A DNA stretch of 64,000 bases from contig JAKMXF010000011.1 in the NCBI GenBank assembly GCA_024704765.1, positions 248,001 through 312,000 of the forward strand. The letters run 5' to 3'. The translations under genes and the position numbers were made by a program. The stretch is from Oopsacas minuta (Eukaryota > Animalia > Porifera). Below the pieces are notes generated by a model. It was not told the origin of the DNA and searched no databases. It saw only the letters and a list, made by a program, of their open reading frames with translations. Positions 28,742-39,690 of this stretch are shown here, one piece after another (within the stretch, counting starts at the first letter, position 1; the number at the start of each line of letters is the position of its first letter).

Positions 28742-29783
28742 ATGGTCTCGCTTTTTGTTCTTTTGGAGCTGGAAATAGGCAGTTTACGACGCCAGAGAAT
28801 ATTTCGTGACAGGTTAAACCCTCTTGATGCATACACTGATGTAGAGTTTATTTCTCGTTATAGAATCAGAAGAGAAATGTTCTTAGAATTGCATGATAAA
28901 ATTGAGACTTTCATGTCTCGATCTACAAGCCGATCTCATTCACTTTCGGTGACAACTCAATCAGCGGTCACTCTTCAGTTTCTAGCTACGGGTAGTTTCC
29001 AAACTGTGGTTGCATCAGCTCATGGAATTTCCCAGCCCTCTGTGTCCAACTGTGTTAGAGGTGTAACAGATGCATTGTGCTCAATTGCGAAAGAGTGTAT
29101 ACAGTTTCCAACTGCTGCTAGACAGATGAGCATGCAGCATGGATTTATGGAAAAGTTCGGGTTTCCTAAAGTATTAGGTTGCATAGACGCACACATATCC
29201 CAATTGTTGCACCTAGCACCAACGAAGCAATTTATGTTAATCGTAAAAGTTTCATTCAATTAACGTCCAAGCGATATGTGACGATGTATTCAAGTTTATT
29301 GATGTAGTTGTGAAGTGGCCAGGCAGCACACATGACGCGTTCATATGAAGGCAATCAGGAATCAATCTTAAGATCGCCAGTAAAGAAATTCAAATTCTTG
29401 ATGGATGGTTTCTCGGCGATAGTGGTTATCCGTTGCGCCCAAATTTAATGACTCCGTTACTATCTCCTGTTACACCTCGCGAAAGAAGGTATAATCGTGC
29501 TTTCCTGAAGACTCGAAAGACAATTGAATGTACCTTTGGAATATGGAAGAGCAGATGGAGATCAATGGACAAGACTGGTGGCAGTTTGTGCTATAGTCCA
29601 GAGAGGGTTTGCAAACTAATCTTATCCTCCATGGTACTTCATAATTTTTGTGTTGATTGCGGTCTCCAAATTGATATTGAAGACTTGGAAAGTGATATGC
29701 CCTACATCGAAACAAAAGACACTGAACATTCAGATAATGGGATTTTAGTTCGAGAAAATATAATTATAAATTATTTCACATGA
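28742..29783 (+). pseudogene. Harbinger DDE nuclease (HARBI1-like), with frameshifts near 29190-29250 and a TGA at a Trp codon (~29347)
   Basis: Motifs LQFLATGSFQ, GISQPSVS, GCID(G)[18 protein letters not shown] and IECTFGIWKSRW. Confidence 0.93.
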
Positions 29784-29867
29784 TATAGGAAGTTTAATTA
29801 ATTAACTAAGCACATGAATGAATTAGGCTCTGATTTACTTATAACATAATTATCTTAATTAAGGATC

Positions 29868-30650
29868 CTAATCTTGACTTTGAAAGTAATGAGGCAATGA
29901 AGACAAATTAGAAGTAGGAAATGAAGGGGGCAATGTCTGAAAATGCGGCAGAGGAGGCATAGTTTGAGCCATCAGAAGAGAAAGTGTCTTTGATTGATCC
30001 GCTGCTGTATGTTGCAAAATCTGGATCACTCGATCGAATTTACTCTCAAGCCGATCTAGCTTAGAATCAATGTTAGTCAAAATCTCCAATTTCTTATCTT
30101 CTTTCTCTAAAATTGCACGTTTGGTCGATTCCAATTCGTCATTTTCCAAACGATGACGTTTTCTTGGGGCTTGTTGGAAAAACTTTATTTGTTCAATATC
30201 TTCAGAGGGAACTGGGCTTATCAGCATCCTTTCAGTTTCATCATTTGCACACTGGGATTCAAGAGAGAGATCGATACCCGATTCAATGCCTTCAAAAGCT
30301 TCCTTCCCTTTGATGCTACTGATTTTAGCTTCTATTTCATCCAAATCAGCATCTGCCGGACCTCCTCCAGTTTATCTTGCTGATGCTAACTTATCTGCAA
30401 TACGAGGCTTATGTTTTGCTAGTATATTATACCATTTTTTCATGACATAATCTCTTGTTCTTACATTCCAATGTAATTCAGACAGTCTCCCTGAAATTTC
30501 CTCCCAGATTTTGTTCTTATCATCGAAAGTTAGAGTTGATGTTAGAGCGCCGAACAATTTCGATTTTTGTTCATGAATGAGATCCACGAGTGACATAATC
30601 TCCTCCTGAGTAAAATTCTTTGAACGAGTTTTCGATTTTTCAGTGGTCAT
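29868..30650 (-). pseudogene. Harbinger Myb/SANT-like DNA-binding protein with one in-frame stop (30372-30374)
   Basis: RSKNFTQEEIMSLVDLI...KIWEEIS...KKWYNI...ASAR*TGGG, continuing in frame into ORF 29868-30344 with a coiled-coil-like tail. Confidence 0.9.
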
Positions 30651-31821
30651 TATGAGAGCGAGTGTTAAGATATTATCATAATTAACTAACATTTTATTAT
30701 TATTTATACTTATCACTAAAGATGATAATGTACCTAAATGGATAAAATTGCATAGATTGCGTATATTTTTGCAGGACGTCACTCAAATGACATTGGCTTT
30801 ATTTACCTTAGTTTAGATACAAAACTATTATGTTTCAAAATATATGAGATATAATTTAATTACATAAATACATTTATTGATGTCATAATACAATTCAGAG
30901 TGACGTCAAGAAATAGTATCTAAATATAGTTGGTATGTAATTCGACTATGGTTCTATGCTGCGGATATTACAACATGTAGATATGATAATCAAACATATT
31001 GTCTTAAGCGATAAACAATCTTCTTTATTATTAAATGCGTATTGATTATCATTTCATAGAAAAGTAGAATAAATTATAGGTTAAGTGTCCTCTTTACCTC
31101 ACTAAATATTTTTCTTAGAATTGTTCGAATTCTTAGAATTATTCTAAGAATTGAGTCGTATTCTAAGAATTTGACTTAAAGTTAAGCAAAATTCTAAGAA
31201 TTTGACTTAAGAATTTTAGTTAATACCACTTTTATAAATTCTAAGAATAAGACTTAAGTGTTGGGAAATTCTTAGAATTATTCTAAGAATTAGTCTAATT
31301 CTAAGAATTTGACTTAAGAATTTTAGTTAATAAGGCCCCTGATTACCCAACAGGTTTTCAAAGTTAAGGCTATTTGTTTGTGCTCTGTCTATAACATGGT
31401 ACTAGTGTCTCAGATAGAAGCTTTCAAGTTGTAGCCGATTGCAGTTTAAGCGCATTAGAAGAAGTTCGCAATGAGTTGTGCTTATCAGCCGGAAGCTTCC
31501 TGTTGAAACCCCCACGTTATCAAGTTTTATCACCATACTGCATTCCTGTTATATTGTCCACCTGCGTTAACGCCTATTGACCATTTCGTTATACATTCGC
31601 AGTTAGTCACTTCACGAGATACAAGAAACATTACAAAGTTAGAAAACTTGATTGTAGTGAAATATTGTGGATAGATGCAGAATAGGCATTTAAGCTTTAT
31701 TTTTCCGCTCTTCTGCTGGTAGCCTTAATTAGAACCAAGGTTTTGTTATTCAGTTTGTTTGTGCTAAGTTACATAGACATCAACAGACTTTCTTTCGATT
31801 CTTAACTCTTCAGATTTGATC

Positions 31822-32221
31822 ATGGCTTCTTCTAGTAGACATAAATGCAAAAATAACCCTGATTCAGTTTGTTACATCTGTGATGTGTACACGCTTTCGT
31901 GACAAAAACTTCATTCAGAAAATGAATGTCAAGGAGAAAGCTGCATGGCTATCTTTTGTGGATGTTATACAGAACCTTCTTGGTAACAGAAAGGCTCCAA
32001 ACTATGAAATGCTTGTATCTAAGATACTCTCAGGGTTTCGTAATTTAAGATGCAATATGAGCATAAAAGTACATTTTATGTACAGTCACCTGGACAAATT
32101 CCCTGAAAACCTTGGGACTGTCAGTGACGAACAGGGAGAGCGTTTCCACCAGGATCTCATGACAGTGGAAGAACGTTACCAAGGTCGATGGGACCGACAT
32201 ATGATGGCAGACTATTGTTAG
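31822..32221 (+). pseudogene. Chapaev3 transposase: N-terminus fused to C-terminus by an internal deletion
   Basis: MASSSRHKCKNNPDSVCYICD is followed directly (different frame) by LLGNRKAPNY...NMSIKVHFMYSHLDKFPENLGTVSDEQGERFHQD...MMADYC*. Confidence 0.88.
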
Positions 32222-34898
32222 GGCATTAAACGTGACTGTCCTCACAAAGCGTACAAACGCAGAAGTTATAAGAGGAAATTTGTCCAGAGTTGTAGAGTAT
32301 TTGAATGTTTCGCATCAGGTCATTGATCGCTTTAAGTTACTATTGTAGATTGCCATCATTCTTTTCTATGTCATTTTGTAAAAGAAATCAATTTTTGCAT
32401 GCATGCTACCAGCAAAACTGTTGTTTTCTATATTTTTTAAAACATTTGTTGCCTATCTGTCTACAAATACAATTTCTATTGGCAACATAAAAGCTTTTTG
32501 GCACCTATTTTGTTTTGAGGCTAGTTATTCAACTGTAAGCAGAACATCATTTGACAAATCATGTCACTTTTTCAAAAAATTTGAATTTTTTGTGCAAAAA
32601 AATTAAAAATCTTGGTTTGCAAAGATTTAGAGCTTGCGAAAAACTAAGGTCGGATTCGGGTTCAGCGCCCCAAAATTAGGTAAAAACAATTGTTGGTAGA
32701 AACGCAACAAAATTTTTGTTCAGCAGTGTAATTGATTGATCTAATGCTAGAAAATGATTGCATTAAAGACTACAAATTGCCCTTGAATGATCAAGAATTT
32801 ACCCAAATGTTCTGACTCTGTGTTATGGCCAACCTAATGCTTTTGAATATTAGATTTCGAAAATGGGAACTTGGTTTCAATGGAATGGTAATAAAATACT
32901 AATAGGCAATGAAAAAACCTTTGAATATTTGAAATGAACTTTATGCATTCAGTAACATCCCAAACCGTATTGTACGAAACTATACGACCTAATGATGTGC
33001 TAGGAGCAACTCGCTATCTTTCTACCACTGACATCTATAAACCACACATAGTTGTGTTTTCAGAGGAACGAAGTAATAGTGTAGGTATGGCAGACAATGT
33101 AGATTTTATCGTCAATCCTAACCATATCCTCCAGGACTGATAATTCTAAGAAGAATCAGAGGATAGATGGCTATCCTGATGCAAAGGTGATAAATATGGT
33201 GTTTCTAAGGAATATAACTATGTCTTTAAGGAATTAGACTATAGGCTGAGACAAAGAAAGAACTCCAGTAAAGACGGGTCATTAGGCACTATTTGATGTC
33301 TAAGGATAACTAATATTGTTAAAACTAGCTCTAGCAGAAGGTAAACGCCCATGATTATTATAAAGGATGAGTATATTGAAGAACTCGCAAATCCTGGTGT
33401 AGCTGGTGTCAAATGTGACGTACTTGAGGATTTAGCGGTCTTCATTAAATAGAAATCTGATATATTGAGGTTAGTTACTCTACATACAATTAACAATCTA
33501 TTTACTTGAATTGCAAATTCGTTTAGATTCGATAGAATTTCTAGTACAATCATGCCAGTATCCTTTCCAAAAGAGAAGAGTATAGTCTGAGACAGTGGCG
33601 GATACAAGGGTGAGCAAGGGTGGGCCAATGCTTATCGTGGTAAGACGGAAACCCACAATGATGTATAAACCTGAAAGGATTTGGTCGGGCTAAAACTGGC
33701 TCTAAAAAAATCTGTTAGCATCAGTCAGTTTAGACATAGAGCAATTTCATTAAATATATTTCTTAACAAATTCCAAATAGTCTAAGAAAACTGGGAATAT
33801 ATGTAAAGGGGCCAGACTTGAATGTAATTCGCCATAAATCTATAGAAACAAATCAAGGCAGCTAATAATTATCGCCAGAAGAATAATTATAATTGGTACT
33901 AACAAAGCTAACTCAGCTAAAAACTGGTCCAAAAACTCAAGTACGCGAAAAAACATAGACAATGGCATCACAATTGAGGATATGAAAGTTTGTTTCTAGA
34001 TCAGGGCATCTAAAATCACATGGATCTAGTCTAGTCTATTGAAATATATGCAATTTTTAATGATACTTCTAATTTTCCAACACCTAGAAGATTCATGATG
34101 AATTCCTTGCAAGACTTTCCAAAATGACAAATATAGGGTGGCAGGGAGTTGCTAAGCCTTAGTGCTGCAGCACCATAGGCGAATGTTTCAAACTATATAA
34201 TATAGTAATGAAATCAATACTATTTCGAGACCTTACTCAAGATCACATATAAAAATATGTTTTCTCGTCCATGAAGTGTAGTGCAAAGTATATGAGCATA
34301 TAGCACTGTATTGCAACCGAATTTCGCCCCTTGGCCCCCAAAATCGAACTGAAGAGAGATCAGCCATCTAGCGACAGAGAAACAAATTCAACTGGCAACA
34401 TTGCACGAAAACGTTTCAATAATAAACACAAATTTGGTCAACGGGTAGCAAGTTCTTCTAATTTCGCGATCCTCTGATCAAACTACTGAACAATTTTGTG
34501 ATATAGCGAACATTTAGCTATAACAAGGAGATATATAAAGACTTACATAATTTCTTGTAGGCGAGACAACGAATTTATAATAATAAGCTTCCCATGGGGG
34601 AGTATTACGCGCTAATCAAATAGGTTGTTGTCACATTGTACTGAAATGACCATAACTGTAATGAGGGTAGCGGGTTGATAACCTAAACCAAATAGTACAT
34701 CGTTTATGTCTAGAACGTTCAGAAATACATAATTCCCGAAATGGCCCATTTTTGAACATAATGAATTGGAATATATTTGAAATGATCAAAGTTAACTAAA
34801 ATTCCACATAAGAGTTGAAAGTTTTGTCAAAAGACGTATTCTTAAAATGATAAAATGGAAATGTTAAGAAATTGTAATATAGTATATACGAAACAAAC

Positions 34899-35045
34899 CT
34901 ATGGGGCAACCCCAAAATAAACGATTCAACACCGAAGTCTGCAGAAGATTCGATAATTCGATTTAATGCAGGAATAAGCACGTCAGAACCCTCAATCCCA
35001 AAACGTTTTTCAGAGGACCATTTCTTCGCAAGATATTCTTCAAAT
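34899..35045 (-). CDS. OGDH: 2-oxoglutarate dehydrogenase E1 subunit, internal exon (147 bp)
   Basis: Encodes [48 protein letters not shown](R). Acceptor CATATAG at 35046-35052, donor GT at 34897-34898; phase 2 at both ends. Confidence 0.95.
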
Positions 35046-35884
35046 CTATATGCAAATGATATAATAATGAAGAGATAACGCAGGATAAGATCTAGGAATA
35101 CGAGGTAATGGTGCATAAAAATAAGGTGGTATGCCTAAACATAAATTTATTCAAATGCTAACCAGTAGGGCAGATAATATGATTAATATTAGAGCAGGGG
35201 TTTTCGAAAAGTGGTTACCGAGCCACGCTAGCGCTAGTATAAACTGTTATATCACAAATTTGGAGTTTATGAAAATTTCATACAGATTAAGGCAGCAGTT
35301 CCAAACATGGGTACATAGCATAGGATCTATTCCAGTCTATCCAGGGAGGGGGTCCACAGAATGTGTTAAAACTAGTAAAGGGGTCTATAGGTGAAAATGG
35401 CTGGGAAAGGCTGCATTAAGGCAATGTGGATTCTTGGGGACGAGATTATGGATCCACGTTAGCATCTACATCTTAGTTGGGTCTGGTTTGGAGATAATGT
35501 TCCCTGGCATTGCAGGAATATGTGGAAAAGGGACAAGATTTCATTCTTAAAATTGTCCTTAGACCATCGACTGACCCTTCGTTCGACTCAACTATGATAA
35601 CTAAGACTAAAAATACACATATCGCAATCGGAATCTAAACACGATTTTATAAGATAGACCGCTGATTATAACTCTCAGTTTTTCCTCAGATTAAGGAACA
35701 GCTTTAAGTTACAAGGGCCTAAGTCAAGAGAATACACCAGATGTGATAGGGTGGACAACTCACTGCTTAAAAAGCACTCAATTGTCAGTGCGACATTGTA
35801 ATTAAGTGCATTTCATACCTTTGTGCTCGCCTTTGGGATGCCTCAGGTTTATCTCTTCCAATAGCATTCAAATAAGTTAATTTT

Positions 35885-36080
35885 ACCACTTAACAGTTAC
35901 TGTAAGACCTTATTCAGTCGAATCAACAGTAATATTAAATATGGACTAAACTACATGGAATAGAGCCTTTTAATTATAAGGGGATTCTTCATTTATACCG
36001 TTAGCTGGAAGTATACAAATGCCTAAACCTTGGATTATTCTTCAGGAGGTGAATTACGATAGTGTATCCAAGTGTAACCC
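35885..36080 (+). repeat. Dispersed repeat, diverged copy at ~38310-38520
   Basis: Shared ACTTAA.AGTTACTGTA.GACC...TTCAGTCGAAT...GGACTAAA.TACATGG.ATA...TCTTCA.TTA. Confidence 0.65.
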
Positions 36081-36539
36081 ACAGTAACTGTCTCATAACT
36101 TCGACTCTACAATATTTGCTTGAATTATTAAAATGACTAATGTTGTGTAGCGAACAAATCTAACACTTCAGATTTTCACCAAATTATCTTTGCCCTATGG
36201 ATAATATTCAATGTAAATGTTCGTGTAAATGATCAACACTTCAGTTTTAACGACGATCGCTTTTCCTTCTTATATAGTATAGTTAATGGGTTAGATCAGC
36301 GTTTCTTAATCTGGGGTGCTGGATAAGGATTCTACTATGTGTTGTACAATGTTTTTGTTTAGATCCTAGATAACATTTCAGGCTGGCAGATGCTTCAGGA
36401 TAAATATAGAAACATTCAGCTGTCTTTACTAAATATAGCAATGTCTGGCTATAAATTAGCCGTATTTAATCTATATTCCTTTCTGTGTTACTTGAGTTCT
36501 TTTCTGAGACAGATTTGTGATAGGGAATAATTATACTGG

Positions 36540-36665
36540 TATGGAATCCAGTTCCATGGAACTGAATTTCTATATAAGGAAATCAGTATTTAAAACGGAC
36601 CCATAAACTAAAAATAAACTAACCGTAAAGTAAACCGGTTCAGTTCCATGGAACTGGATTCTATA
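36540..36665. mobile_element. 126-bp MITE whose TIRs each contain a perfect 16-bp palindrome
   Basis: TATGGAATCCAGTTCCATGGAACTGAA (36540-36566) and TTCAGTTCCATGGAACTGGATTCTATA (36639-36665); the palindrome is CAGTTCCATGGAACTG. Confidence 0.7.
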
Positions 36666-36672
36666 TAAGTAC

Positions 36673-37499
36673 TACGACGTTCAATAAATTCTGATCACTG
36701 TGTTACTGTGAGGATTTATAGCACAACAATAATATATTAATATTTGAATATGAATACTTAATCCTCTGTCTACAAGCTAGTATTGATTTTTTCATTATCG
36801 CTTAAAAACTCAACAAGTTATATCAAATTTTACAACAGGTGGTTTTTATACTATACCTTTGTGACATCACTTGGCAAGAATTCTAAAATAGAGCAAAGAG
36901 CTTATGTCAAGATTCGTACTCTCCTCGGGAAATCTGCATACGAGATAGATCTTGATTTGGTTCAAGTCTATACTATGAAAGGTGCTCTGTCTTATGCAGG
37001 AGTCAGAAGATGGGCTCAGCGTTTCAGGCTGGGAAGAAAGTTTATCGAAGATGACCCTCGGCCTGGAGCACCAATTACGGCTGCATCCCCCATTAAATCG
37101 TGCGCTATTAAGAAACCGATAGACCTAGACCCACATATAACTATCAGGGAACTTTCTAATAGTGTTGGCATCTCGATGGGAAGTGTAGACCACATTTTAA
37201 GATCACAGCTCAAGTTGACGAAAGTTTGTGCCAAATGGGTCCCACATTTACTCACAAAGGCCCAGAAAGAGACAAGGGTGAGATGTTGTCGGAATCTCCT
37301 CAAATCCTACAATGAATGCGACCCGGGAAGATTATTTGTGACAGTGACTGGTGATGAGACATGGGTTCAGTATAACACACCTTTTTCCAAACAGGCAAAT
37401 AAGATGTGGATAGGAAAGCACTCGGACCCTCCGATGATACCGCGTCCAGATTTCAGATCATCGAGGATCATGTATTGCATATTCTTTGATGTGAAGTAA
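36673..37499 (+). mobile_element. mariner transposase remnant (SETMAR/Hsmar-like), 3'-truncated
   Basis: ORF 36783-37499 has EQRAYVK, DDPRPGAP, WVPHLLT and VTGDETWV. The second and third catalytic D regions are missing. Confidence 0.9.
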
Positions 37500-39484
37500 T
37501 TGTCATTTTTTTGATTTTCGAAATAATTTTTTGTAATTGATGAGCAAAATGAATATGATAAAGGTTTGTAGATTGAATAATAAGTACCCATCACTGTGTC
37601 AAATGTTATGAGATGATTTTAACCAACTTATGTATATATGACATGTTTTGCCGATAAATGAACGAAGTATTGAAGCATTTAATACATAATTCATCTATTT
37701 CCATACATATACTCGTGTTGAAAACAACGATTTCATCCATACCAGACGGGGGTTGGTTAACCGAATCAAACGGGTGGTTAAAACCTTTCCAATATTACCC
37801 GGTTAACTGATTAACCGCTGCAATTATTCTCTATTACAATCAGTGATGTTTGTCTGTAAAATGGAAAATTTCAATACATCTATATAAATAAAATTATATT
37901 TTAGTGTGTATTTTCCGTCGTGAAGGAGAGGATTTATGCAATGTAGTATTAATTCGAAATTCTCAATTAGGAGATGTCATAAAACTATATGTATTATCAT
38001 GTTTATCAAAAATGTAAACAGAATTCTATAAACCTTGAATAAATATCTCAAATATGCTGAATTTGATGTTCACACTTTTTAATTAATCCTAAGCAAATTT
38101 ATTATTGTCTTTATCAATAGAAAGTAAACAAATGGTTGAAATCTCGAAATATACTTAGAGAATTGCTCTCAACAGACATATAGGGGTAATCAAGCACACT
38201 AAATTAGAATTGCGCATTTTCAATCATAGTGTAATTTAATACGTTTAAGCTAGGTTTTGGGATGCTCAGTTTTATCTATTCGACTAGAGTCTTCAAACAA
38301 ACTTGTGTATGTAACTTAATAGTTACTGTAGGACCATTTTTCAGTCGAATTACCTGAATTAATCCATTGGGACTAAAGTACATGGGATACATCCTTCTAC
38401 TAATTGTACGGGGCCTCTTCACTTAAACTGGTAGTTGGTCATCCTGAAATACACAAAATGTGGCTTATTTATCAAGTAATGGAACATGATGGTTTCTCCA
38501 TGTTTAACACCAAGTAACCCTGTCATAAATTTGGCTACTAAGATACTTGTGTGAATTGTACTTATCAAGCATAAAATGACAATATTACAGATGTTTCATT
38601 TGTGGCTAGAGCTAATTTTTGTAGTATCCACCGACAACATAGCAAATTTATCGATATGCGTTCTTGAATTAAGGTAATCATCATTGGCATCCTTAGGTTC
38701 GAGATTCTGCAGTGGTGCTTTGTAATCGGAGAACCAGGCCGAAGGTCCTCTCGGAGATGATCACAAATTTGTTGTGCAATTTATTTCATCAAGTCAAATT
38801 CAATAATGAAATTTGAGATTGCGAATAAAAACACAAAATAATATTTATGGCGTGTAAAATGAAAAATTTTGCAAATAAAGAGCTGATTCTGGTAATAATG
38901 CACAATTACTTTGTAGTTATAAATCAACTGAAACTATTGATGATTCTATCATACTTTGGAAATAATTTCTAAAGTATTATAGAATCAAATTTAGTAAATT
39001 TATTATTTGAAATCTGAAAATTATAGAATTGTGAGGTGATGGCGAAAAATAGACTTCAAATTTGGAGTCAGCATGTCTGAAGCATATAAAATGTTTGATA
39101 TAATACAAACAACAACGAAAAATTAAAAAAAATTGCAGGCTTGCGTAACTATTGCTCTAATTAGTTGAGATCAATCATCAATGACGAAATGCATTTAAAA
39201 ATAAAATCCAAGACAAGTAATAAAATCACTAGGAACGCGTTCACAATGGTGTGAACGGGTTCACACCAAAAGGCCAGAAAAATAAATAGGACTAAAAATC
39301 AAGGCGAAGAAAAGAAAGGTAGGAAAAAAATGAGTGAAATTAAGGCAAGTAAAATGCAAATGGCTAAAATTTAGTATTCTCATCAAAAGCAATCGTGCCT
39401 CTTAAAGACCTCACTTGAACGTACCAAAAAAGCTTGAAGTTCTGTGTAGGACAACAATAACTCGTGGTTTCTCTGAAAGACCTC

Positions 39485-39690
39485 AATAGAATACAACTAC
39501 AGCTAGTTGGGTAGATGGAGGACCCAAAAATAATACAACTATTGCAAGTGAGGTATGTGCATGACCACAATTGAACACAACTACAGCTATCGGGTATTTG
39601 AAGGAACTTAATTGAGAACAAGTAGAGCTCGTAGCGTGGGATCTTTGGAGGACCAAAAATAAAATACAACTACAGCTCGTGGGGTTCATA
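39485..39690 (+). repeat. Imperfect tandem repeat (AATACAACTACAGCT core, four copies)
   Basis: Cores near 39490, 39532, 39575 and 39664; GGAGGACC(C)AAAAATAA precedes two of them. Confidence 0.55.

Larger units (their letters stand above)
28398..31338 (+). mobile_element. PIF/Harbinger element, full length (2941 bp), two convergent genes, both mutated
   Basis: TIR GGGCCTTATTAACTAAAATTCT at both ends; 3-bp TSD CTG (28395-28397, 31339-31341). Subterminal arrays of TTCTAAGAA/TTCTTAGAA. Confidence 0.95.
28224..32728 (+). mobile_element. Chapaev3 (CMC) element, internally deleted, hosting the Harbinger insertion
   Basis: Ends CACTGCTCAACAA / CACTGCTGAACAA; the TSD is not clean (TAC / TAA). Contains both the N- and C-terminal parts of a Chapaev3 transposase. 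Confidence 0.75.
13601..34898 (-). other. OGDH: 21,298-bp phase-2 GT-AG intron of OGDH, filled with transposons
   Basis: Joining the two exons gives continuous ...LGLPHR|GRLNVLANV..., with the Arg codon split AG|A. Confidence 0.9.

Noticed and set aside
39364-39689. Direct-repeat array as a CRISPR-like locus
   Set aside because: Repeats are degenerate and irregularly spaced, the context is a eukaryotic intron, and there are no cas-like ORFs.
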